Assembly: GCA_963716515.1 (NCBI GenBank)
Contig: OY970319.1
Coordinates: forward strand, 2,013,290 to 2,077,289
Direction of reading: 5' to 3'
DNA from: an uncultured Acidimicrobiaceae bacterium
GTDB taxonomy: Bacteria > Actinomycetota > Acidimicrobiia > Acidimicrobiales > RAAP-2
Length of the DNA: 64,000 nt
Part shown: piece by piece, positions 11,070 to 19,894 of the stretch
How positions within the stretch are numbered: position 1 is the first letter of the stretch
Layout of the letters: each line of letters starts with the position of its first letter
Made by a program: the position numbers and the translations under genes
Notes under the pieces: model-generated
What the model was told of the DNA's origin: nothing
The model's input: only the letters and a program-made list of their open reading frames with translations
Database searches by the model: none

Positions 11070-12313
11070 GACGCGGCCACCAACTGGTGGAAGCGCAGCG
11101 CCTCTTCGGCCGCCGCCAGCGAGGGCGTGATCGTCGAGCTGACGGTCGCGGTGTCGACGATGGCGTCGAGCGTCTTCAGTCCGTGGCCCGAGATAATCGC
11201 CACGATCGATTTGTCGCGGTCGATCGTGCCGCGGTTGATCATCTGACGCAACGAGGCGATCGTGACGCCGCCGGCCGTCTCGGCGAAGATGCCTTCGGTC
11301 TCGGCGAGCAGTCCGATGCACTCGAGGATCTCGGAGTCGGGCACCGAACCACAGTCACCGCCGTGGGCGCGCAGTTCGTCGAGCACGTACGGACCGTCGG
11401 CCGGATTGCCGATGGCCAGCGAGCGCGCGATCGTGTTGGGACGTTGCGGCGTGACGACGTCGGCTCCCGAGGCGAAGGCGCTGGCGATCGGCGAGCAGCC
11501 GGTCGCCTGGGCACCGAAGAGCACGGGCTCGTCGCCCTCGACGAGGCCGAGCTCGACGAACTGCTTGAACCCCTTGGCGACCTTGGTGAACTGACTGCCC
11601 GAGGCCAAGGGCACCACCACTTGGGCCGGCGTGCGCCACCCCAGCTGTTCGCAGATCTCGAAGGACAAGGTCTTGGACCCTTCGGCGTAGTAGGGGCGAA
11701 GATTCACGTTGAGAAAGGCCCAGTCGTCGTGCTCGGCGACCAACTCCACGCACAGTCGATTGACGTCGTCGTAGTTGCCCTCGACGCCGAGGACCGTACC
11801 GCCGAAGATCGCCGCCATCGCGATCTTGGACTTCTCGAGGTCGGCCGGGATAATGGTCACGCTGGGCCATCCGATGAAGGCGGCGTGCGCCGCCACCGAC
11901 GTCGCCAGGTTGCCGGTCGACGCGCAGGCCGCGGTCGTGAACCCGAGGCGTCGGGCGCTGGAGAGCGCCACCGACACCACGCGGTCCTTGAAGGAACCGG
12001 TGGGATTGCGCGTGTCGTCTTTCAACCACAGTTCGCGCACGCCCAGTACCTCAGCCAGACGACTGGAGCGACGAAGCGGCGTCCAGCCGGCCCCGAGGTC
12101 GACCGGTTCGGCACCGGGATCGGGCAACAACGCGCCGTAGCGCCAGATGGAAGTGGGGCCACCGGCGATTGACTCGCGGGTCACGACGCGTCGAGCCGCG
12201 TCGAGGTCGTAATCGACCTCTAGGGGACCGAAGCAGAAATCACACGAGTACCGCGCCTCACTGGGATAGTTGGCCCCGCACTCTCGACATAGAAGACCTG
12301 TAGCGAAACTCAT
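11066..12313 (-). CDS. thrC: Threonine synthase-family PLP enzyme, probably an O-phosphohomoserine sulfhydrylase-type paralog
   Basis: N-terminal CxxC..CxxC, NPTGSFKDR (PLP Lys), CASTGNLA; start at ATG 12313 behind an AAGGGAG RBS. The functional refinement is inferred from the riboswitch and the sulfur carrier. Confidence 0.85.
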   Translation of the reverse strand: MSFATGLLCRECGANYPSEARYSCDFCFGPLEVDYDLDAARRVVTRESIAGGPTSIWRYGALLPDPGAEPVDLGAGWTPLRRSSRLAEVLGVRELWLKDDTRNPTGSFKDRVVSVALSSARRLGFTTAACASTGNLATSVAAHAAFIGWPSVTIIPADLEKSKIAMAAIFGGTVLGVEGNYDDVNRLCVELVAEHDDWAFLNVNLRPYYAEGSKTLSFEICEQLGWRTPAQVVVPLASGSQFTKVAKGFKQFVELGLVEGDEPVLFGAQATGCSPIASAFASGADVVTPQRPNTIARSLAIGNPADGPYVLDELRAHGGDCGSVPDSEILECIGLLAETEGIFAETAGGVTIASLRQMINRGTIDRDKSIVAIISGHGLKTLDAIVDTATVSSTITPSLAAAEEALRFHQLVAAS

Positions 12314-12321
12314 AACTCCCT

Positions 12322-12428
12322 TTTCATCGTTCGGCCTTTGGCACCTGGTGTGATGAGCGGGTCGCTCGAGTATCACACTGGTTGTCGCGACTTCAACGGG
12401 GCCGTCCCTCAGTCGCTCTTGATGACCC
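12322..12428 (-). ncRNA. SAM-I-superfamily (S-box) riboswitch with short or absent P4
   Basis: Minus strand reads GGTCATC-AAGAG-CGACT-GAGGGACGGCCC-CGTTGA-AGTCG-CGACAACC...GGTGCCAAA...GATGA. P1 is TCATC/GATGA, P2a CGACT/AGTCG, P3 extension GTGTGAT/ATCACAC. The P1 3' strand abuts the RBS. Confidence 0.82.
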
Positions 12429-12500
12429 CTCAATTCTCGCCGACCGCGCAGGCCCGTGTCAAGTGCGGTCGCGCCGGTCGGGACCCCTAACCTCTTACGA

Positions 12501-13277
12501 GTGAGCAGCCCTGACGTCCCGTGGACGCTGAGCCGTGAGGAGTTCAGTCTCGAGCGCGTCTTCAAATTGAAGGTGGCGACGACCGTCGCGGTCGTCGTCC
12601 CGGCGCGCAACGAGTCGGCCACCGTAGGCGCCGTGCTTGACGCCGTCCTCGCCCATCGTGAACTGGTCGACGAACTGGTCGTGGTCAACGACGGTTCGGT
12701 CGACGACACCTCCACGGTCGCGGACCACCACGGCGCTCGCGTCGTTCGTTTCGAGGGACCCAGCGGCAAGGGCGAGGCCATGCGAGCCGGGCTCGCCGCG
12801 ACCTCTTCGGAGTTGATCGTCTTCCTCGACGCCGACGTCGTCAACACGACGTCGGAGTTCGTGGCCCGCCTGATCCAACCGCTCCTCGAACGCTCGGAAA
12901 CCCAATTGGTAAAGGGATATTACGAGCGGCCGCTGCACAACATGCCGACCGGAGGCGGGCGGGTCAACGAGCTGGCGGCTCGCCCCATCCTCTCGCTGCT
13001 CTACCCCGGACTCGGCGAAATACGACAGCCCCTCGCCGGCGAAACCGCCGGACGACGCAGCGCCTTCGACGCCATCACCTTGGAGAAGGCCTACGGCGTC
13101 GAGATCGCCCTCTTGATCGACATCGCTCGTCAGTTCGGTGTGCGCAGTTTGGCGCAAGTCGACCTCGGTGTGCGACGCCATCGCAATCGTCCACTCGAAG
13201 AGTTGCGCCCGATGTCGATGGACGTGTTGCGCGCCGCGCTGAAGCGTTACTCCGTGCACCTGCCGCCGCAGACGTAG
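12501..13277 (+). CDS. gpgS: Glucosyl-3-phosphoglycerate synthase
   Basis: VVPARNE, GKGEAM, FLDAD, GGRVNELAARP, QPLAGE, RRHRNRPL; TAACCT -10 lies 7 nt before GTG 12501. Confidence 0.9.
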   Translation: MSSPDVPWTLSREEFSLERVFKLKVATTVAVVVPARNESATVGAVLDAVLAHRELVDELVVVNDGSVDDTSTVADHHGARVVRFEGPSGKGEAMRAGLAATSSELIVFLDADVVNTTSEFVARLIQPLLERSETQLVKGYYERPLHNMPTGGGRVNELAARPILSLLYPGLGEIRQPLAGETAGRRSAFDAITLEKAYGVEIALLIDIARQFGVRSLAQVDLGVRRHRNRPLEELRPMSMDVLRAALKRYSVHLPPQT

Positions 13278-13784
13278 TTAGCCCCTGTTGGCGGAGTTTT
13301 GCCCGAGGATGACGATGACGTCGTCACTCGACGCACCGGGCACCGGACGTTGACCGTTGAGCGCTTGGACGGAGTGAAGGCCGGCGTGGATCTTGTTGGC
13401 GATCTGAATCGCGGCCCACTTGAAATTGGGGTTGAAATATACGATGGTCGTTTTCTCTTTGGGTCCGTTGACACCGGGCAGCGTGTTCCAACCCTGCGTT
13501 AGCAATTCCTGTGAGTAACCACGCGCCAAGTTCGGGACCTTCGTGCCGTTGGCCACCTGCACCCGCACCGTTGACTTGGCGACGGTGCGGTGATGAAGGG
13601 TCGTCGTGGTTTGCGAAGGAGGAATCGTCGTCGTACTCGAGGTCGCGGCCGGGTTGACGTATCGAAGCATCAGGAACGCAGCCGCGACGAAAAGGACGAC
13701 GATGATCAGCACGACACTTAAGGCAGGTTGGTAGTGAGATCCAGGCGGGTTGGCCCCGTGTTGCGGCTGGGATGAATCGCTCAT
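13278..13784 (-). CDS. Membrane-anchored LytR C-terminal domain protein
   Basis: One TM helix, Thr-rich linker, then VRVQVANGT...LA, TIVYF and DVIVILG. Confidence 0.8.
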   Translation of the reverse strand: MSDSSQPQHGANPPGSHYQPALSVVLIIVVLFVAAAFLMLRYVNPAATSSTTTIPPSQTTTTLHHRTVAKSTVRVQVANGTKVPNLARGYSQELLTQGWNTLPGVNGPKEKTTIVYFNPNFKWAAIQIANKIHAGLHSVQALNGQRPVPGASSDDVIVILGQNSANRG

Positions 13785-13838
13785 TCGTCTCAGCCTACAT
13801 ATTGAGCCGAGTCGTTTTCACTAACCTTGGACTTCCAA

Positions 13839-13912
13839 GCCGGTGTGGCGCAGTCTGGTAGCGCAGGCGATTTGTAATCGTCAGGTCGTGGGTTCGAATC
13901 CCTCCACCGGCT
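13839..13912 (+). tRNA. tRNA-Thr(TGT)
   Basis: Acceptor stem GCCGGTG/CACCGGC, anticodon loop TT-TGT-AA, TTCGAAT T-loop; CCA not encoded. Confidence 0.95.
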
Positions 13913-14056
13913 CCCCAAAAAAATTTTGGAGATCGAACGACGGGCGAATTTATATCAGTCGAGTTGCTCATTTCCGACCCCAATCAGCCGTGGTCACGAT
14001 TCAGCGGGTTAAGACTGCCACGCCCCACGGCTCTTCGATTGAGAATTCGAGTGAAG

Positions 14057-15727
14057 TCAGACTCCGAACACTTCCACTCTCGAGTACGAAGAGCTCGACT
14101 GGCCCGCGATTGCACCTTCTCCAGCTGAAGATATTGAGACCCCATGATCTTTCAGGATGTTTAGGTCGTGGCGCAAAAAGATTGCAGCATTCGCGGCGCG
14201 CGAACGACTAAGAGCCACGTTCAAAGATCTGAGACCGGTGGCGGCTGTATACCCAAAGAGCGTGACCGTGTGGTATTTCCTCGAGACGATCGTGTGAGCA
14301 ATGCGATTTATCTGGCTTTTCAATGCCGCGGAAAGCAACGATGAATTAGATTTGAAAACTCCAATCGCACTGAACAATGTTGCGAGCTTGTGGCCGCTCC
14401 ACTGCGCGTAAAGAAGGATCGAGGCCGTCACCGATACATGAGAACCAACAAGATACTTAGTTCCCGTTCCGTTGGCGCTCGTATTCCAATTATCTAATAG
14501 AAATCCTGCGCGAATTATCCCGGCCTGTCCCGGCACAGTAATAGTCGAACCTGGCGACGCCGAGATTGAAGCAACAGAACCATTACCACCATTGGCGTTG
14601 AACGACAAAGTATCGACGACCGGAAGGGTCCATTGGGCATACAACACCAAGTCCAATTTGAATGAGAATTGCGATCCATCGATATAAGAAGTGCCACTGC
14701 CGTCACGAGAGGTGTTCCATCCAGCAAACGAATGTGTGGTGTCCACAAATTCTGGCCGGAGATTTACAAATGGTGTTAACGGAGTTGGAGCACTTTCGGT
14801 CAAATCGGTGCTAACAGAGTCCGAAGCACTGTCATTTTCGTTGAAGGTCACAGTGTGAAAAGTAGGCACTACCGCTATTAGGGACCATTGGGCGTAAAGG
14901 CTCATGTCGGAAGCAAAAGAGTATTGGGATCCGTCTCCGTAGGAGATGCCCGATCCGGTGGCCGTTGTATTCCAACCGGAAAAACTGTAACCGGGATAAG
15001 TGAATGCGGGCTGAAGGCTCGCAAAACTCGTCAATTGAGTTGGAGCACTTTCGGTCAAATCGGTGCTAACTGAGTCCGAAGCACTGTCATTTTCGTTGAA
15101 GGTCACAGTGTGAAAAGTAGGCACTACCGCTATTAGGGACCATTGGGCGTAAAGGCTCATGTCGGAAGCAAAAGAGTATTGGGATCCGTCTCCGTAGGAG
15201 ATGCCCGATCCGGTGGCCGTTGTATTCCAACCGGAAAAACTGTAACCGGGATAAGTGAATGCGGGCTGAAGGCTCGCAAAACTCGTCAATTGAGTTGGAG
15301 CACTTTCGGTCAAATCGGTGCTAACTGAGTCCGAAGCACTGTCATTTTCGTTGAAGGTCACAGTGTGAAAAGTAACTATTGCAATCCATTGAGCGTAGAG
15401 ACCAATGTCTGAACTGAATGTGTACGTTGAACCGTCTGCATATGAGGCACCGCCGCCATCAGCTGACGTGTTCCAGCCCTGAAATGTGTACCCAGCGTTC
15501 GAGAAACCTGGACTGAGATTTTGAATCAGAGTAAGAGATTTGAGTGAAGATCCATTCTCGAAAGCTGTCACCGAGTCAGATGCGCTTGCATTTTCGGAAA
15601 AAGTCACAGTGTGCACTTCTGGGAATGCGTTCGCCGGTGTTGATATTGCGAAAGTCATCAATATCAGCAGGAAAACGCTGGCAACATTCAATATTGATGC
15701 GATCCGCGAGGTGGATTTGGAAGTCAT
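14057..15727 (-). CDS. Secreted InlB B-repeat (Listeria-Bacteroides repeat) protein with C-terminal OmpA-like domain
   Basis: Signal peptide ending ANA, five [HTVTF.EN...GY.F.GWNT...G.G..Y..G....LYAQW] units, then F...S..L...GYT...N..LS..RA...RVEV; lower GC than the flanks. Confidence 0.8.
   Translation of the reverse strand: MTSKSTSRIASILNVASVFLLILMTFAISTPANAFPEVHTVTFSENASASDSVTAFENGSSLKSLTLIQNLSPGFSNAGYTFQGWNTSADGGGASYADGSTYTFSSDIGLYAQWIAIVTFHTVTFNENDSASDSVSTDLTESAPTQLTSFASLQPAFTYPGYSFSGWNTTATGSGISYGDGSQYSFASDMSLYAQWSLIAVVPTFHTVTFNENDSASDSVSTDLTESAPTQLTSFASLQPAFTYPGYSFSGWNTTATGSGISYGDGSQYSFASDMSLYAQWSLIAVVPTFHTVTFNENDSASDSVSTDLTESAPTPLTPFVNLRPEFVDTTHSFAGWNTSRDGSGTSYIDGSQFSFKLDLVLYAQWTLPVVDTLSFNANGGNGSVASISASPGSTITVPGQAGIIRAGFLLDNWNTSANGTGTKYLVGSHVSVTASILLYAQWSGHKLATLFSAIGVFKSNSSLLSAALKSQINRIAHTIVSRKYHTVTLFGYTAATGLRSLNVALSRSRAANAAIFLRHDLNILKDHGVSISSAGEGAIAGQSSSSYSRVEVFGV
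14782..15374. repeat. 255-bp tandem duplication (about 2.3 near-identical copies) inside the InlB-repeat gene
   Basis: GAGTTGGAGCACTTTCGG recurs at 14782, 15037 and 15292; only one mismatch noticed across the aligned span. Confidence 0.95.
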
Positions 15728-15996
15728 GACGACAACCCATTGCTCGTCATGGCGAAACCGCTGATGGACAAAAAGCGCATGGGAAATCCTTCGTTGAAGA
15801 TGGGCGCTCTTGAAGAAACGAGCGTGATTCCTGCAGCCGACACACCGAAGGGGGCCAATAGAACTCAAACGGTGTGCGACGCCTCCAATTTGCATTTGGG
15901 GACGATTAAATCCTGCTGCAGTGTTTCCCTTGCGTGGCAAGACTAGGCAACGTATCTTTGTAATTCGTAGGGCCTTAGGTCCCTATTTGATCCGCC

Positions 15997-16860
15997 TTAC
16001 GAACGTCGACTTCGTTGTCGCGCTACTTCGAACGCCGCCACCGACACCGCGACGCCGGCGTTCAACGAACTGATCTTGCCCAACTGGGGTATCGACACAA
16101 CGGCCGCGCACCGCTTGCGGGTGAGCACGGAAAGTCCCTTTTCTTCTCCCCCGACGACGAGGGCCACCGGCGTTGATCCGAGATCGAGGTCGTAGATGGA
16201 GTCTTTCGACTCACCGGCGAGTCCGACCGTCAACACGCCGGCCTTGTTAAGGACGTCGAGGGCCGCGGGGATGCCGCCCACGTCACAAAAGGTGAGGTAC
16301 TCGATGGCCCCGGCCGCGGTCTTGGTGACCGAAGGGGAGATGCGCGCCGAGCGGTGGCGGGGGACGACGACGCCGGTCACGCCCGCACCGTCGGCACTGC
16401 GCAGCATGGCACCGAGATTGCGCGGATCGGTCACGCCGTCGCAGACGAGCAGGAACGGACGGCGGTGTTCGAGCAGCGCGTCGAGCGTCTCCGTCTCGAG
16501 CCGGGCCGCGACCGCCATGACGCCTTGGTGCCCTTCGGTGCGCGCTTCGCGATCCAGACGAGCCATCGATATGACCTGGACCGGCACACGCTGTCGCTGG
16601 GCTTCGAACTCAATGGCGTCGAGCGTCTCGCTGGCGTCTTGGGCGTCGGCGATGTAGATCTTCTGGATTTGGCGACGACGGGCTTTTAAGAGCTCGAGCA
16701 CGGCGTGACGTCCTTCGACTTGTTCGCCCCCGAGACCTTCCTTCTCGCGCGCGCTCGGCGAGCGCCTCGGTCCCCCGACCTGACCGCCGGTCATCGGGCG
16801 TCCCCCTTGACGCGATGATCGCCCGGGCGGACCCTTTCGCGGTGCGGGACGGGGGCTCAC
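15997..16860 (-). CDS. rlmB: 23S rRNA (Gm2251) 2'-O-methyltransferase, TrmH family
   Basis: EGRHAVLE, HQGVMA, CDGVTDPRNLGAMLRSA, GGEEKGL, SSLNAGVA. Confidence 0.93.
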   Translation of the reverse strand: MSPRPAPRKGPPGRSSRQGGRPMTGGQVGGPRRSPSAREKEGLGGEQVEGRHAVLELLKARRRQIQKIYIADAQDASETLDAIEFEAQRQRVPVQVISMARLDREARTEGHQGVMAVAARLETETLDALLEHRRPFLLVCDGVTDPRNLGAMLRSADGAGVTGVVVPRHRSARISPSVTKTAAGAIEYLTFCDVGGIPAALDVLNKAGVLTVGLAGESKDSIYDLDLGSTPVALVVGGEEKGLSVLTRKRCAAVVSIPQLGKISSLNAGVAVSVAAFEVARQRSRRS

Positions 16861-17330
16861 GTCGTTTCGTCCAAGAGCGCGACGGCGCTCGCGCCAATGC
16901 CTTCGACGCGTCCGAGGGCTCCCAGGCCTTCGGCGGTTGTCGCCTTCACCGTGACGAGAGCACCGACGACCGCGGACAGTTCATCGGACATCTGTTTCAT
17001 GTAACTCGACAGTTTTGGACGTTCGGCGATGATCGTGACGTCGGCCGAGATCGTGCGCAGTCCCACGCCCGCCACCAGGGCCACCGTTCCTTCGAGCAGT
17101 CGACGGGACGACGCGCCTTCGAACTGGGGATCGGTGTCTGGAAAATGTCGGCCCAGGTCACCGAGATTGGCCGCCCCGAGCAGGGCGTCGCAGAGCGCGT
17201 GGGTCGCGACGTCGGCGTCGGAGTGTCCGACCAGTCCCGGAGCGTCCGGAATCTCGACCAGACCGAGCCAGAGCGAACGCGAGGCGTCGTCACTGACGCG
17301 ATGCACGTCGATGCCGTGACCGATCCTCAT
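16857..17330 (-). CDS. ispF: 2-C-methyl-D-erythritol 2,4-cyclodiphosphate synthase
   Basis: MRIGHGIDVH, GHSDADVATHALCDALLGA, DLGRHFP, KATTAEGLG. Confidence 0.97.
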   Translation of the reverse strand: MRIGHGIDVHRVSDDASRSLWLGLVEIPDAPGLVGHSDADVATHALCDALLGAANLGDLGRHFPDTDPQFEGASSRRLLEGTVALVAGVGLRTISADVTIIAERPKLSSYMKQMSDELSAVVGALVTVKATTAEGLGALGRVEGIGASAVALLDETT

Positions 17331-17968
17331 CGGCGCAACTCGATTGACGCGGCCCGGGCGAGGTCGCCGGGCACGGTGATCTTCACGTTGTCGACTTCGC
17401 CGGCGACCACCACGACGCGTCCGCCCAGTGCTTCGACGAGCGCGGCGTCGTCGGTGGCGTCGTCACCGTTGGCGTGCGCGCGAATCAAGACGTCGCGGGC
17501 GAAGGCTTGGGGTGTCTGCACGGTCACCAGCTCCTCGCGCTCCACGGTCTGGCCTACGACCATCAGCGGACCTTCGTGTTGAATGTGTTTCACGGTGTCG
17601 GAGATTGGTAAACCCGGGATCGCCCCGTCGGCGCCCGCCTTCACCGCGGCGACGACCGAAGCAAAGAGTGAGGTCGTGGCCATTGGTCGAGCCGCGTCGT
17701 GCACGACGATCACGTCGGCGTCACCGCATTCCTCCAGCCCGGCGCGTACCGAGGCCGCGCGCGTCAGTCCCCCGACCACCACGACGTCGGCGCCCTCGCC
17801 GTTGCCCTGATAGTTCGGGGGCACGACCAGCACGACGCGTTCGGCTACCGACCGGGCCGCGCGAACGCTGTGGGCGGTGACGGTGTCGTGATTCAAGACG
17901 GCGAACTGCTTGGGTCCGCCGAAGCGCTGGCCCTGGCCGGCGGCAACGACGACGGCCGCGACCGACAT
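17327..17968 (-). CDS. ispD: 2-C-methyl-D-erythritol 4-phosphate cytidylyltransferase
   Basis: AAGQGQRFGGPKQF, HDAARP, QTPQAF, TDDAALVE, NVKIT. Confidence 0.96.
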   Translation of the reverse strand: MSVAAVVVAAGQGQRFGGPKQFAVLNHDTVTAHSVRAARSVAERVVLVVPPNYQGNGEGADVVVVGGLTRAASVRAGLEECGDADVIVVHDAARPMATTSLFASVVAAVKAGADGAIPGLPISDTVKHIQHEGPLMVVGQTVEREELVTVQTPQAFARDVLIRAHANGDDATDDAALVEALGGRVVVVAGEVDNVKITVPGDLARAASIELRR

Positions 17969-17970
17969 GA

Positions 17971-18459
17971 CTACGGCAGGACCGAGGCGAGCTTTTCTTC
18001 CGCCGCTTCCGTGTCAACGTTCAGCGCGAAGGTCAGCTCGGAGACGAGGATCTGGCGGGCCCGGGTGAGCATGCGCTTCTCGCCGGCCGACAGCCCCTTG
18101 TCCTTGTCGCGGATCGAGAGGTTTCGCACGACTTCGGCCACCTGGTAGATGTCGCCGGAGCGCAGCTTCTCCGAGTGGTTCTTGAAGCGACGCGACCAGT
18201 TGGTGGGCATGCGGGCTTCCTTCTTGCGAAGCACCGCGAAGACCTCTTCGACCTCTTCGTCGTTGATGACGTCGCGAAGGCCGACCGACTCGGCGTTGGC
18301 GACCGGGACCATCAAGACCAGGTCGGTGTAGGCGACCTTGAGCTTCAAATAGTCCTGTTTCACGTCAAATGCGGTCATTTTCTCGATCTTTTCCACGGTG
18401 CAGGCGCCGTGGTGGGGGTAGACGAGACGATCGCCCTTTTTGTACTTGCGAACAGTCAT
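17971..18459 (-). CDS. carD: CarD transcription factor
   Basis: YKKGDRLVYPHHGA, NWSRRFK..EKLRSGD, GLSAGEKRML; GAGGAG RBS supports ATG 18459. Confidence 0.96.
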   Translation of the reverse strand: MTVRKYKKGDRLVYPHHGACTVEKIEKMTAFDVKQDYLKLKVAYTDLVLMVPVANAESVGLRDVINDEEVEEVFAVLRKKEARMPTNWSRRFKNHSEKLRSGDIYQVAEVVRNLSIRDKDKGLSAGEKRMLTRARQILVSELTFALNVDTEAAEEKLASVLP

Positions 18460-18530
18460 AAACGAGGTTCTCCTCAATGAAAATCTGCCTGAAAGGCGTT
18501 AGGGGGATTAATTATTCTACCAGATATTGG

Positions 18531-19865
18531 TCAATTCGTGACTGACTGGATCGCAACGATTGCCTCGGCCAGCGTTCGACAGCGAATTACTTGCACGCCC
18601 GCAACGTCGTCCAACTCCCCGTCACTGGGCACCACCGTGACCGTCGCTCCGAGGCGCTGGGCTTCGCGGACCCGACGAGTGAGGCCGGTGACCGCGCGCA
18701 GCTCCCCGGCGAGGCCCACCTCACCCATCGCGGCCACCGTGCGGGGCACCGCGAAATTCAGGGCCGCCGACGCGACCGCCAGCGCTAGCGCCACGTCGAC
18801 GCCGGGTTCATTGGCCGGCAGTCCACCGGCGGTCGCGGCGAAAACGTCGAGATTGCTGGTGTCGATGGCGCAGCGCGACTCGAGGACCGCGAGCAACAGG
18901 GCGAGTCGCTGGGAGGAGACCTGGTGGGCGACCCGGCGCGGCGAACCGGAACCGCTGGCGACCAGCGCCTGCATCTCGATCAGGAACGAACGCGATCCGT
19001 CGTTGGTGACGGTCAAGACCACGCCGGGCACGTCGAGGTCGGGACCGCGCAGGACCGTGGCGTCGGTCATCTCGCGCAGTCCGTCGGGCACCATCTCGAG
19101 TAGTCCGACCTCGCCGGTCGGGCCGAATCGATGCTTCAGCGCGCGAATGAGTCGCGGCGAGCCGTGCCGATCGCCTTCGATCCGTATGACGGTGTCGACC
19201 AGATGTTCGAGCGCGCGCGGACCGGCCAGCTCCCCGTCCTTGGTGACGTGGCCGACGATGATCAGCGCCACGCCGGTCTCCTTGGCGACGGCGCACAGTC
19301 GTTCGGCCGCACGGCGGATCTGCGACACCGAACCGGCCACGCTGCCCACCGCGTCGTCGCTCATCGCCGAGATGGAATCCACCACGCAAAAGGTCGGTCG
19401 ACGCTCGCGCAGCAGTTCTTCGGCGGCGTCCACGTTGGTCGACGCCGCAACGTCGAGACCCTTGGGCACGTCACCGAGTCGACGGGCCCGTTGAGCCACC
19501 TGGGCGACCGACTCCTCGGCCGCGATCAAGAGGACCGGCGTCGCGCGCTCGGCCAACGCACGAAGGGACATGAGCGCGAGCGTCGATTTGCCCACGCCCG
19601 GCTCGCCGAAGAGCAGGGTCGTCGAGCCGGCGATGAAGCCGCCGCCCAGGACGCGATCCAACTCGCCAACGCCGGTCGAGTGCACCGCGGCGGTCGTGGC
19701 GGCGACGTCGCGCAGCGAGGTGGTCGACGCGATCGAGACGCGAGGTGATCGGGCCGATCGTTCTTCGTCGAGCGTGTTCCATTCGCCACAGCCCGAGCAA
19801 CGGCCGCTCCAACGAGGTGACGTCGTGCCGCATTCGCGACAGACGTGGACGGAGTGGGTCTTCAC
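18531..19865 (-). CDS. radA: DNA repair protein RadA/Sms
   Basis: C4 Zn finger, GEPGVGKST, VDSI, LEHLVDTV, KHRFG (KNRFG variant), GEVGLAGE. Confidence 0.95.
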   Translation of the reverse strand: MKTHSVHVCRECGTTSPRWSGRCSGCGEWNTLDEERSARSPRVSIASTTSLRDVAATTAAVHSTGVGELDRVLGGGFIAGSTTLLFGEPGVGKSTLALMSLRALAERATPVLLIAAEESVAQVAQRARRLGDVPKGLDVAASTNVDAAEELLRERRPTFCVVDSISAMSDDAVGSVAGSVSQIRRAAERLCAVAKETGVALIIVGHVTKDGELAGPRALEHLVDTVIRIEGDRHGSPRLIRALKHRFGPTGEVGLLEMVPDGLREMTDATVLRGPDLDVPGVVLTVTNDGSRSFLIEMQALVASGSGSPRRVAHQVSSQRLALLLAVLESRCAIDTSNLDVFAATAGGLPANEPGVDVALALAVASAALNFAVPRTVAAMGEVGLAGELRAVTGLTRRVREAQRLGATVTVVPSDGELDDVAGVQVIRCRTLAEAIVAIQSVTN

Positions 19866-19894
19866 TCCCGTGAGGCTAGGAGAGCGCTGTGACG

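Noticed and set aside
11066-12847. ORF-track N-terminal extensions (thrC-like to 12847, MoaD-like to 11321, GNAT to 7941, InlB gene to 15940, nadE to 47938, folB to 28281)
   Set aside because: They run through a riboswitch, promoters or neighbouring genes; shorter starts have RBS, -10 or stop-overlap support.
13913-15990. Calling the tRNA-Thr(TGT) insert an active mobile element
   Set aside because: No integrase, transposase or tRNA 3' duplication seen; kept only as a probable horizontal acquisition.
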